Positions 1-9,341 of a stretch of 64,000 bases of DNA are shown piece by piece. The stretch's first letter is position 1; each line of letters opens with the position of its first letter. Both the position numbers and the translations under genes were made by a program. The stretch comes from a virus (lineage: Duplodnaviria; Heunggongvirae; Uroviricota; Caudoviricetes): the IMG/VR virus record IMGVR_UViG_3300025778_000009; one strand, written 5' to 3'. The notes beneath the pieces were generated by a model. That model had not been told where the DNA came from and made no database searches. It was given only the letters and a program-made list of their open reading frames with translations.

Positions 1-82
1 GGATGAAGAAGTAAAGCAGCTATGTGATGAGCTATTCAAAGAATGGTCAAAGAGTGATCCTGTTAGTGGCATTGGCTTATAT

Positions 83-2768
83 ATGTACACACTTGCAGGA
101 AGAACTGAGACGAAGTTAAGTTCTCTTGCCAATGAACTCAGTAGGGTAAAGCGTCAGCTGGATATTCAAAAAGTACAAGCAGAAACCTGGAAGCAATCTT
201 ATCTCGAGCAGGTAAAAGAGAACGTCAAGATGCAAGCCGAGATGTTAGCAAATGAACAAGCGTAAGTTAGTAACTGATCGTCGTCCTGGTTGGATTGGAC
301 CTTATGGTGCTGTTAATATGAATAGCGAAGAGCAGACACTTACAGAAGTGTTGGATAAAGCTATCCTAGGTGAAAGCGGTGCACTTGTAGTTAGCATGAC
401 TTCATATATGTTGAAGCTTCACGAAGATATCGCTCGGCTATCAAAAGAGACTGAAATACTAGCAGCCAGAATGAATTATTATCAACATGCGTTGCAAGAG
501 ATTTGGGATATTGCAGATCAATGTGGGGAGCCAATCTCATCTAAAATGGCTAGTGATGCTTTAACTAAAAAGGTTTAAGATATGAGTGAAGATAAGATAA
601 CCGAAATAGCTCTTGATGTAGGTTTGTTGAATTATGTTGATAATGAAACACCTCGCAGATACTTCATACATGGTAATGCTGATTTAGAAGAATTAAACTT
701 ATTTGCTAAATCACTTATTATTGAATGTGCTAAGGTTGCAGATGATAATTATGATAAAGGTCTTTGTCCAGTTGGCAATTTTATAAAAGAACATTTTGGA
801 GTTGAATAATGAGTGGTGGGCACTTTGACTATAATCAGAACAGGATTGAATACATCATCGAAGATATTGAGCGTCTTTTTGAAGGAGAGACCAGATATCG
901 TCCTGAGACCATGGTAGAGTTTGGTGAAGCCATCCGTGCACTAAAGATTGCATATGTGTTTGCTCAGCGGATCGATTGGCTATTGTCAGGAGATGATAGC
1001 GAGGATACTTTTCACGAGAGGTTGAAACAAGAGCTGGGAGAGCTTAATAAATGAGTGGCGATAAGTTAAACGATGCGATTGAGTCATGGATTGATTCTCT
1101 GCCTGAAGTCGAACAGCAATTGATTAATGCTAAACGTCGAGCCAAGCTTCTTGAAGATGGCCCTGGCGGCATTATGGAAATGAAGCAAACTATTGCTAAT
1201 AAAGAAGCCGAGATTGAAGAATTAAAAAGACTGAATGTCAACGCCAATAAATTTAGTGAAAAGGTTGCGGCCAGCGTCTTAAATAAATTTTATTATGAAG
1301 ATCAAATTGAGAAGTTAGAACTTGAAATTGATCAGTTGCAAAAATATAAAGTCTTTGCTATAATGATAGCAAATGAACCATTGGAACTTAGTTATGAAAA
1401 GGTTCAGAACCAACGTGATTGGTGGAAGAAGTTGGCACAAGAGTTGATAGACGAATTGGAGAATGATCATGAGTAACGGTCCAAATAAAGATGAAGTGCT
1501 CCAATACATCAACCGTATTGAAAGGCTTGAAGAAGATAAAAAAGCAGTTGCAGAAGATATTAAAGGCGTCTATACTGAACTTAAGGGTAATGGTTACGAT
1601 GCTAAGATTATTCGTAAGTTAGTATTTATCCGTCGTAAGACTAAGGAAGAGCGTCAGGAAGAAGAAGCACTTCTTGAAATGTACATGCAAGCGATTGGAA
1701 TGGAATAATGTTTAGTGACGAGATTAAGTGGTATTTTATCATGATCACTGCAGTAGTTGCACTTATTGTTTGTGGTGCAGTAGTATATCAATGGCGTCAA
1801 ATGGATTGTAGTCTTACATTAGGTCAGGCTGGCCGCTCACCTGATGATATTAAGGCCATCTGCAAATGAGTAACGTTATTGAATTCAAGCCTAAACATCA
1901 ACCAGAAGTTAATCCAAGAAAGCACTTTTGGTTCTCGTTCAAGGATCTACTTCGTGAAAAATATTCAGAAACAGTAGTGCATTTAATCGTAGCAGCTATT
2001 ATGGATAGAGAATGCTATGAACGCACTAACGATGATATTCGTAAGGTGGTTGATATCTATTACGAACATGTTCCTTTATTATGATACTACTTGTTGCTTT
2101 TTTAATGCTGTTAAGTTTTGGTTTAGGTGTAGCTTGGAATTTAGTCTGGGTAAATATGAAAGAATTAGATGCCTGGCTAGATCGTCGAGCTTTAGAAGAT
2201 AAAGAACTTACAGAATCTTTCAAAAAAAGTGTTGATGAAATTAAAAAAGAATTAGATAATAAAATATCAGCCAATAATGAATTGAACAAACTTAAACAGA
2301 ATATAAACGGAGCTAAAAAATGAATACCAAGTCTATTGAATTATCTTATGAGTTTATCGATTCAATTGTGTTAAGTGAATTACAATCTGCTCTTGTATCT
2401 AACGTAAATGACTATCACAATAATGTTAGAGTATGTGAGACTCGTAAAGAGCATCGCCGTCTTATTGAATCTCTACGTCGTACTGTAGCTTACTTTATGC
2501 CTCATGATGAATTTGTAGAATATATTCGTGAAAATATTGACTGGCCAGAAGATATGGATACTAATCCAATTAAATGGTAATGCAATACGAAACTGAAATT
2601 AAGCCTATTCCTTTTCCATTAATTGCAAGACTTTTAAAGAAACGTCAAGAAGATCTTGTTAGTTACCTATGGGAAGAAGATGTTGACAATATTAAAAAAG
2701 CAAGGGATGATATAAAGACGTTCAAGTTTAAACTTGAACGTGGTGAAGTATACGAAGTGCCATTCTAA
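83..2768 (+). other. Run of small phage hypothetical ORFs (83-265, 252-578, 582-809, 809-1054, 1051-1476, 1866-2084, 2081-2323, 2320-2580, 2574-2768)
   Basis: Tightly packed or overlapping + strand ORFs; no recognisable family. Confidence 0.7.
1469..1708 (+). CDS. gapR: GapR/DUF2312-like nucleoid-associated protein
   Basis: YINRIERLEEDKKAVAEDIKGVYTELKGNGYDAKIIRKLV...EEEALLEMYMQAIGM matches the GapR pattern; SD GGAG. Confidence 0.85.
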   Translation: MSNGPNKDEVLQYINRIERLEEDKKAVAEDIKGVYTELKGNGYDAKIIRKLVFIRRKTKEERQEEEALLEMYMQAIGME

Positions 2769-2773
2769 TGATT

Positions 2774-2806
2774 GGGGGTATAGCTTAGTGGCAAAAGCCG
2801 GTGATT
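2774..2806 (+). pseudogene. 5' half of a disrupted tRNA
   Basis: GGGGGTA-TA-GCTT-AGTGGCAA-AAGC-C-GGTGA then breaks into a late promoter; acceptor pairs 6/7 with the fragment at 3401-3429. Confidence 0.75.
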
Positions 2807-2851
2807 TTATAAATATGTGACGGAGGATAATATGTTCACAGTTTATAAAAT
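2804..2851 (+). promoter_or_regulatory. Late promoter overlapping an RBS/ATG-enclosing hairpin
   Basis: TATAAATA 2808-2815; ATTTTATAAA/TTTATAAAAT and TGTGA/TCACA enclose GGAGG and ATG 2832. Confidence 0.7.
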
Positions 2852-3320
2852 TACAAATAATATTAATAACAAACATTATATAGGGGTACATAAAACTAAC
2901 AACCCTAACGATGGATATATGGGCAGTGGTAGAGCAATTAAAGCTGCTATAACCAAATATGGTATAGATAATTTTTCAAAACATATACTTTTTATTACAG
3001 AAAATAAAGAAGAAGCTTATAATTTAGAAAAAGAACTTACAGTTGATTATTATAAAGAAGATAATTATAATATGAAACTAGGAGGTGTAGGAGGCTTTAC
3101 CAAAGAAAATTCTAAAAAAGGTATTATTGCTTTAGCTAGAATTAGTGGAAAAGCATCTTACGATCAGAAAAAAGGATATCATGCTCAAACAAAACAGCAA
3201 TTGTCTGAAAATGGTAGAAAAGGCGGTCTAAAAAATAAAGGCCGAAAAAAAGGTCCTTTATCTGAAGAAACAAAACAAAAAATTCGTGAATCTCTGTTAA
3301 AAAGAAATAAGGACCGATAG
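2832..3320 (+). CDS. GIY-YIG (Seg-like) homing endonuclease
   Basis: VYKITN...YIGVH...DGYMGSG...YN motifs; basic C-terminal tail. Confidence 0.85.
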   Translation: MFTVYKITNNINNKHYIGVHKTNNPNDGYMGSGRAIKAAITKYGIDNFSKHILFITENKEEAYNLEKELTVDYYKEDNYNMKLGGVGGFTKENSKKGIIALARISGKASYDQKKGYHAQTKQQLSENGRKGGLKNKGRKKGPLSEETKQKIRESLLKRNKDR

Positions 3321-3385
3321 CCAAGCGGTAAGGCTCACTGCTCATAACAGTGCGAGCGTAGGTTCGAATCCTACTCGGTCCACCA
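3311..3385 (+). tRNA. tRNA anticodon CAT, probably Ile2
   Basis: Full cloverleaf with CCA; C4-G69/C5-G68 as in TilS substrates. Confidence 0.85.
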
Positions 3386-3400
3386 ACTATATAAGTAAAT

Positions 3401-3429
3401 CGTAGGTTCGAGTCCTACCATCCCCACCA
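3401..3429 (+). pseudogene. 3' half of a disrupted tRNA
   Basis: GTAGG-TTCGAGT-CCTAC-CATCCCC-A-CCA with no preceding anticodon or D arm. Confidence 0.8.
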
Positions 3430-3464
3430 TACCTCATAAATATATTTTTAACAGGGAGGTACGC

Positions 3465-3764
3465 ATGAAATACCTAATACCCCTTCTATTGATATCGACA
3501 TCTGCATTGGCTCAGCAACAATCTGGACCTTGTGATACAAAAGAAAAGACACACGAACTTCTTACAAAGCAATATGGCGAAAAGCCATTTGTCGAAATGA
3601 AAGACAATTTTGGTCGTCAATTCGTTATGTATGTTAATCCAAATACAGGTACATGGACGGTTATAGCCACTAAGGATGACGTCTCTTGTGGTGTGTCTGC
3701 AGGTAAAGATCTCACACCAGCAGATCCTAAAAGGTTCGAAGATAAGAAAAGTGATCCTAGTTGA
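3465..3764 (+). CDS. Secreted hypothetical protein
   Basis: Signal peptide, two Cys, NPNTGTWT motif; SD GGAGG. Confidence 0.6.
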   Translation: MKYLIPLLLISTSALAQQQSGPCDTKEKTHELLTKQYGEKPFVEMKDNFGRQFVMYVNPNTGTWTVIATKDDVSCGVSAGKDLTPADPKRFEDKKSDPS

Positions 3765-4045
3765 TTTTTTTATTATATCATTTTAATATAATAATTATGT
3801 AATTAGAGATTTTATAATGTATAAAGTATCGGTTCATCGTGGTCGTAAATTAGTAGAACGTAATTGCTTCTCTGATATAAAAAACTCAGAGAGGCATTTT
3901 GCGTTTTTAGAGCATAGATACATAAATGAAATGCAAGACTATAAAGTAAAAATTACTATTAAAAAAGACGGCGTCGAATTAAAAAGAGCTTGATTTCTTT
4001 TTGATTATATCATATCATTATTATATAATCTAACAGGAGGTACTT

Positions 4046-4270
4046 ATGTTTGACAACAACTTCTATAAATTCTCTATCTATGATAATGGATTCTATAAGT
4101 ACGTAGTTGAGTTTGAAAAAGCTTTCCATAAAGGTAATCTCCAAGGATTAACTATTAAAGATCGTCTGCATTTTGTAGATAAAGACGATGCTGAGAAGTG
4201 GATTAAGGCTGTAGCAGGTCTTGATAAGGATGAAACTTTTTTTAATTTTAAGATTGTTGAGGCAATTTAA
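4046..4270 (+). CDS. Hypothetical early protein
   Basis: SD AGGAGG; TTGATT-N17-TATCAT upstream. Confidence 0.6.
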   Translation: MFDNNFYKFSIYDNGFYKYVVEFEKAFHKGNLQGLTIKDRLHFVDKDDAEKWIKAVAGLDKDETFFNFKIVEAI

Positions 4271-4272
4271 TA

Positions 4273-5082
4273 ATGACCGCAAATACAGAGAACGTCACAT
4301 ACAGAATGTTTGAGAACCCAGCTGCGCAAATGCTTCCAGAGGGTTCAGAAAATAAAAAAATTATTACAGCATATAAGATGTATGAAAATTCAAATGTAGA
4401 AATTGCCCGTGGTAAATTAACTCGCCCATGGATGGATGATACATCTGATAAATTTGCATATCGTTGCTTACCGCTTAATATTGCTAACATGCACGGGTGG
4501 GCAATCTATCTTAAAAAGAGTGTAGTAGTAGAGTGGAACGGTAAACCAGGTATTGATGGTATTAAAATTATAGACCAAGAAGAGAATAAAAATTTAGTTA
4601 GCTCTCATTTTGGTAGTGGCATTGTAACTTTTTACGTAGACCATTTATTTAAAACACCAGAAAATTATAGCCTTTATATTACCGGGGCTCCTAATCATAT
4701 TATACCAGGTGCGCATGCATTAACTGGAGTATATGAGTCAGATTGGGCTCCTTATTCTTTTACTATGAATTGGAAACTAACTGATCCACATAGAAAAATT
4801 ATTTTTAATGTAGACGATCCTATTTGTTTTATATTTCCAGTTCAAAGAGAACTAATAGAAGAGTTTGTATTTGAAGTGCGCGATTTAAGTTCTAATCCAG
4901 AACTAGATACAGCTTATAAAGAATTTAACGATTCAAGAAATAGCTTTTTAGAATCAATAGCGCAGGGGACAAATAAAGATACTTGGCAACGAAATTATTT
5001 TCAAGGTAAAATGCCTAGTGGCTCAAAATGCCCTGTACATAACCATAAAACAAAGTTAAGTCTTAATTTTGAGGAAAAATAA
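4273..5082 (+). CDS. DUF6065-like protein
   Basis: RPWMD...AYRCLPLNIAN.HGW...SHFGSGIVTF...ESDWAPYSFTMNWK. Confidence 0.7.
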   Translation: MTANTENVTYRMFENPAAQMLPEGSENKKIITAYKMYENSNVEIARGKLTRPWMDDTSDKFAYRCLPLNIANMHGWAIYLKKSVVVEWNGKPGIDGIKIIDQEENKNLVSSHFGSGIVTFYVDHLFKTPENYSLYITGAPNHIIPGAHALTGVYESDWAPYSFTMNWKLTDPHRKIIFNVDDPICFIFPVQRELIEEFVFEVRDLSSNPELDTAYKEFNDSRNSFLESIAQGTNKDTWQRNYFQGKMPSGSKCPVHNHKTKLSLNFEEK

Positions 5083-5083
5083 A

Positions 5084-5419
5084 ATGAAGCTGTTTTTAGT
5101 TGATGCAGTATCTTCTTTTCGTAATTCTTATGTTATTCGCTGTGAAGATATAGATCATGCTGCTGACTCTGTAACATGCAATGAGGCAGGAGAGTTTAGT
5201 CAAGAATGGTTAGGGGAAACTATTTCTCGTATCCGTGAGATTACTGAAGATGATTATCTTGCTCTTTTTGATAAAGATAATGAATATCTAAAAAGCTGGG
5301 ATATTGAACAAAAGAAGAGTCTTATTCATACAGTAGACTATGATAAAAAAGAATTTAATCCAGTAGATGATATTCCTAAATCATATGACCCATTGAGTAG
5401 CGGAAAAGCGGAGATTTGA
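5084..5419 (+). CDS. Conserved phage hypothetical protein
   Basis: EFSQEWLGETI motif; SD GAGG. Confidence 0.6.
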   Translation: MKLFLVDAVSSFRNSYVIRCEDIDHAADSVTCNEAGEFSQEWLGETISRIREITEDDYLALFDKDNEYLKSWDIEQKKSLIHTVDYDKKEFNPVDDIPKSYDPLSSGKAEI

Positions 5420-5432
5420 TCTCCGCTTTTTT
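5405..5432. terminator. Bidirectional rho-independent terminator
   Basis: AAAAGCGGAGAT-ttg-ATCTCCGCTTTT between convergent genes. Confidence 0.8.
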
Positions 5433-5433
5433 A

Positions 5434-5958
5434 TTAGTTACCTATTTTTGCTAGTTTTTCTTGGCCGCGCATAAAGCTTGTTACACCAAGTATTGCTCCA
5501 AACGCTAAGTGTATTAAACCACCATTAGATAGAGTAAGACTCTGCCAGGCAGTATATGTGGTTTGTATACCTAATCCTTTGAAGAAAACAGGTAAGAACA
5601 TAGTAATTAATGGAAAGCCTACGAAGTCCATAAAGCAAATAGCCATATAAAGCCAGCCCATTGCTGGTCTCCAATAAGCCTTTACCCAATGTTCTTCTTC
5701 TTTTTCTATCTGATGTTCTGTAACTTCTTTATCAATAGAAGTTTCAGCTAAACCAACTGATGCTTCAGCTTGTGCTGTGGCTTGAATAGAAGCCATTTGT
5801 ACAGTTTGCTGAGCCATCACTGATGATGCGGCTGAATTATTATTGTTATTTACATCAATCACAGTAACTGCAGGAGCAGGTGTGGGTGCTGCAGCAGGTG
5901 TTGGATCAACAGTAGGTGTTGATGTATTATCTGATGTTTTTGATTTAAGCAAAGCCAT
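5434..5958 (-). CDS. 3TM holin-like membrane protein
   Basis: WRPAMGWLY...GAILGV...RGQEK pattern; TM helices. Confidence 0.6.
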   Translation of the reverse strand: MALLKSKTSDNTSTPTVDPTPAAAPTPAPAVTVIDVNNNNNSAASSVMAQQTVQMASIQATAQAEASVGLAETSIDKEVTEHQIEKEEEHWVKAYWRPAMGWLYMAICFMDFVGFPLITMFLPVFFKGLGIQTTYTAWQSLTLSNGGLIHLAFGAILGVTSFMRGQEKLAKIGN

Positions 5959-6002
5959 AACAAATCCTTTATAGTATATAAATATTAAAAAAAGAGATAA
6001 TC

Positions 6003-6452
6003 ATGACAAAAAAAATTATATTCACAGCATTTACATTGCTATTTATGAGTTATGATGTTTATGCATCTGAGATGGTTTATCAATTCAGTAATCCTTCGTT
6101 TTCTGGTCAAGGATGGTCTTCTCATGTATTGACTATAGAGAATGAAGAATACACTCGTCAGCAAGCAAACATTGTTGCACAGCAACAAGCGGCCGCTGCT
6201 GCTGCAGCTGCTGCAAATAATACAAATCTTGCAAAATTTTTAAATAATCTTGAGAGTAGAATATATGCTACTCTTTCTCAACAAATTGCTTCTCAATTGT
6301 TTTCCAATCAAGGAGCTACTTCTGGTCAATTTACAGTTGCTGGTAGCACTATACAATGGAATTCTGATGGAAGCAATGTTAACATTTCAATTACCGATGC
6401 CAATGGCATTACAACCAACATGACCGTACCTTTAGGAAGTTTAGCGATATGA
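6003..6452 (+). CDS. csgF: Curli assembly protein CsgF-like
   Basis: Signal peptide then YQFSNPSFSG; adjacent to csgG; late promoter 5977-5984. Confidence 0.75.
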   Translation: MTKKIIFTAFTLLFMSYDVYASEMVYQFSNPSFSGQGWSSHVLTIENEEYTRQQANIVAQQQAAAAAAAAANNTNLAKFLNNLESRIYATLSQQIASQLFSNQGATSGQFTVAGSTIQWNSDGSNVNISITDANGITTNMTVPLGSLAI

Positions 6453-7264
6453 AAAAATATATTATTGTTTGTTTGAGTTTATTATTAGCTGCATGTTCTA
6501 CTACAGAGGATTTACATAAGAATATAGAGACAAATGCTGATAAGGCTTTACCTCTCTATCCATTGAAAAAAAGACAAAACGAATTGTTTAATTTTGGACC
6601 TTTAGATGGTCCTAAAATTCCTATTGCAATCTATAAATTTAATGATTTGACTGGACAGAGAAAACCAAATTCTAACTTTGCTGATCTAAGTACTGCAGTC
6701 ACTCAAGGTTCTGAAGGTTTTTTAATTAAATCTTTACAGGATGTAGGCAGAGGAACTTGGTTCACTCCTGTCGAAAGAGTAGACCTTGATAATCTAGTTA
6801 AAGAAAGACAGCTTATTAGATCACAAAGAGAACTGTATGAAGGTAAAGAAGCCAAGCCTCTAACACCTCTCGTTGTTGCAGGAATCATGGTTGAAGGTGG
6901 AATTGTTGGTTATGATTCCAATCTTCTTTCTGGCGGTATAGGTGCCAGAATGCTTGGTATTGGTCTAACACAGCAGTACAGAAAAGATGAAGTTACCGTA
7001 GTTTTAAGATTGATATCGATAAATACTGGAGAGATAATGTTGTCTACAGGTGCAACCAAGACAATCTACAGTGTTGGTGTCAATGGAAACCTTTTGCAAT
7101 TTGTAGATGCTGGCACAACAGCCGTAGAATTTGAAACTGGTGCCAATGTAAACGAACCTACTACATATGCTATTAGAGTTGCTATAGACCAAGCAGTGTT
7201 ATCAATGGTCAAAGAAGGTATGGATAAACAACTATGGAAAGTTAAGAAAGACGAAAAGAGGTAA
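6449..7264 (+). CDS. csgG: Curli secretion channel CsgG
   Basis: Lipobox LLAAC; FNDLTGQRKP, STAVTQG, WFTPVER, KERQLIR, GGIVGYD. Confidence 0.9.
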   Translation: MKKYIIVCLSLLLAACSTTEDLHKNIETNADKALPLYPLKKRQNELFNFGPLDGPKIPIAIYKFNDLTGQRKPNSNFADLSTAVTQGSEGFLIKSLQDVGRGTWFTPVERVDLDNLVKERQLIRSQRELYEGKEAKPLTPLVVAGIMVEGGIVGYDSNLLSGGIGARMLGIGLTQQYRKDEVTVVLRLISINTGEIMLSTGATKTIYSVGVNGNLLQFVDAGTTAVEFETGANVNEPTTYAIRVAIDQAVLSMVKEGMDKQLWKVKKDEKR

Positions 7265-7267
7265 TAA

Positions 7268-7954
7268 ATGAAATTAATAACAAGATTGGCAATGTTGTCA
7301 TTCTTGGTTATGGTTCAAAATGCTTTTGCTGCTACAAACAATGTCTATGTTGACCAAATTGGTGACGGATCAAACATTACACTAACACAAACTGGACAAG
7401 GCAACAATATAGGTGATTCTACTACACATGCGGGATTTACTGGTAATAACAACACAGTCACGGTAGAACAAATTGGAAATCAAAACACAGCAACGTTGAA
7501 TGTAAACGGTGCAGGAAATAATATTAGCTCTTCGGCAAACGGTAACAACAATACAACAAACATTCAATCAAATAGTACTGGTGCAACAATCACAGACACT
7601 ATTTCTGGTAATGACAATACCGTAAATCATACTGTTGATGGTTCTGGTACATCCACAGTTAATATCTCTTCAGACAACAATACAGTAAATGTTACTAACA
7701 CTTCAACATCTGTGTTAGGAGCACAAAGCACCGTTAATATTACAAACGGTGGTGGAAACACTGTGGACATTCTACAGGATGGAGCTGCTGGTACAAATGG
7801 CCACGTTGCCAATGTATCAATAGCCGGTGCTACAAATACAGTCAATATTCAGCAAGGTGGTAACATTGATAGTACAGTTAATGCGACAATTACAGGTTCT
7901 GGTAATTCAGTTAGCGTTAACAGTAATTATTCTGGCTTGGGCATCTCCCACTAA
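7268..7954 (+). CDS. Curlin-repeat (CsgA/CsgB-like) protein
   Basis: Signal peptide; repeated QxGxxN/GNNN units. Confidence 0.75.
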   Translation: MKLITRLAMLSFLVMVQNAFAATNNVYVDQIGDGSNITLTQTGQGNNIGDSTTHAGFTGNNNTVTVEQIGNQNTATLNVNGAGNNISSSANGNNNTTNIQSNSTGATITDTISGNDNTVNHTVDGSGTSTVNISSDNNTVNVTNTSTSVLGAQSTVNITNGGGNTVDILQDGAAGTNGHVANVSIAGATNTVNIQQGGNIDSTVNATITGSGNSVSVNSNYSGLGISH

Positions 7955-8999
7955 AGCTGAAATAGGAACTGTTACCGAACAAACTGGTCCGACCGAAATC
8001 ATAAGAAACAAATCAAGTATCCCCAGTCAATTAAAATCTGGAGTGGAGATGGATGATACTATCTCCACTGCAAATGCAAAAGCTGGTATTACTTTTAATG
8101 ATAATACCCAAGTTCAAATTACAGAACAAAGCAAACTTGTCATCGACAACTTTATATATGATCCTAACAAAAATACTGGTAAGTTAGCAATTAAGATAGC
8201 ATTAGGAACCGTAAAGTATGCTTCTGGTCAAATTGCCAAAAATTATCCCGAACAAGTTAAAATTGAAACACCAACTGCCACAATTGGTGTCAGAGGAACA
8301 GACTTTAGCTCTACTGTCGATGAGATTGGACGCAGCACAATCATCCTTCTTCCTTCCTGTCCTCAAGGATGGAAAGACATTGAAAAAGATTGTATAACAG
8401 GAAAAATTATTGTAAAGACAGATGCAGGCGAACTAATGTTGACGAAGCCATTTCAGGCTACGACTATTGATTCAAGAATCCATGAACCAGCCAAACCATC
8501 TATCCTTAGTTTGGATCTACAACAAATAAACAATCTTCTGATTGTCTCTCCTCCACCTCAATTAAAGAAAGCAGAGACTACTACAACAGAAACAAAAGGA
8601 TTCAATTTCCTTGATGAAGATCTGTTGAAACAAGACTTGCTAAAATATACAGAGCTAGACAAAAACTATCTTCAAGATGCAACAACCAAGTTAGATATTA
8701 ACTATCTTGATAACAACTTCCTAATCAACTTGCTTGACGTTTCTTCTTCTCAGATGCTTGGTAATGAACTTGACCAATATAACTCTATGTTACCTAAATA
8801 CGATAAGAATTCAGGTTTAAAATATATGGTCGATGGTGATGGTCTAACATTGTACAGGGAGACTGTTTCTAGTTATGCTGAAATAAATGTTCAGAAAAAC
8901 AATGCTCTGACAACAAATATCAATCAAGATAACATTAATATTAATCAAATAGTAAATTATTCAGGTTCAACAACAATAACAATAAAGCAATCTCTATGA
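7881..8999 (+). CDS. FecR-domain protein
   Basis: IETPTATIGVRGTDF motif; start overlaps the curlin gene. Confidence 0.8.
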   Translation: MRQLQVLVIQLALTVIILAWASPTKAEIGTVTEQTGPTEIIRNKSSIPSQLKSGVEMDDTISTANAKAGITFNDNTQVQITEQSKLVIDNFIYDPNKNTGKLAIKIALGTVKYASGQIAKNYPEQVKIETPTATIGVRGTDFSSTVDEIGRSTIILLPSCPQGWKDIEKDCITGKIIVKTDAGELMLTKPFQATTIDSRIHEPAKPSILSLDLQQINNLLIVSPPPQLKKAETTTTETKGFNFLDEDLLKQDLLKYTELDKNYLQDATTKLDINYLDNNFLINLLDVSSSQMLGNELDQYNSMLPKYDKNSGLKYMVDGDGLTLYRETVSSYAEINVQKNNALTTNINQDNININQIVNYSGSTTITIKQSL

Positions 9000-9340
9000 A
9001 AAAACTTATTCTTTTATGTTTGTTAATTTGTACACCAGCAAATGCAGGAAGTGCAATTATTAATCTTTCCGGAAACAATAATGTTTTAAATCTTGCACAA
9101 AGAGCAGACACAAATGTGATGTTTAGTGCCACAGATCCTAATGCAAGTAACAATGTTTATTCTATCAAGCAATCTGGTGGTGGAGAACATACTGCTAGCA
9201 TTGACATAGAAGGTAATTTCCAAAACTATAACTTCTATCTTTCACAAAATAGCTCTCAGAATCTTTCAATATCAATTCAGCAAATTTGCAACAATCCTGT
9301 TTGCTCTCCTTCATCACCATATGTATTTAATCAGTATTGA
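8996..9340 (+). CDS. Small secreted curlin-like protein
   Basis: Signal peptide; SGNNN/Q repeats. Confidence 0.5.
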   Translation: MKKLILLCLLICTPANAGSAIINLSGNNNVLNLAQRADTNVMFSATDPNASNNVYSIKQSGGGEHTASIDIEGNFQNYNFYLSQNSSQNLSISIQQICNNPVCSPSSPYVFNQY

Positions 9341-9341
9341 C

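Noticed and set aside
2774-3429. Group I intron in a tRNA
   Set aside because: The insert is fully accounted for by promoter, ORF and tRNA. There is no room for a ribozyme core, and the 3' anticodon-stem strand is missing, so splicing could not restore the tRNA.
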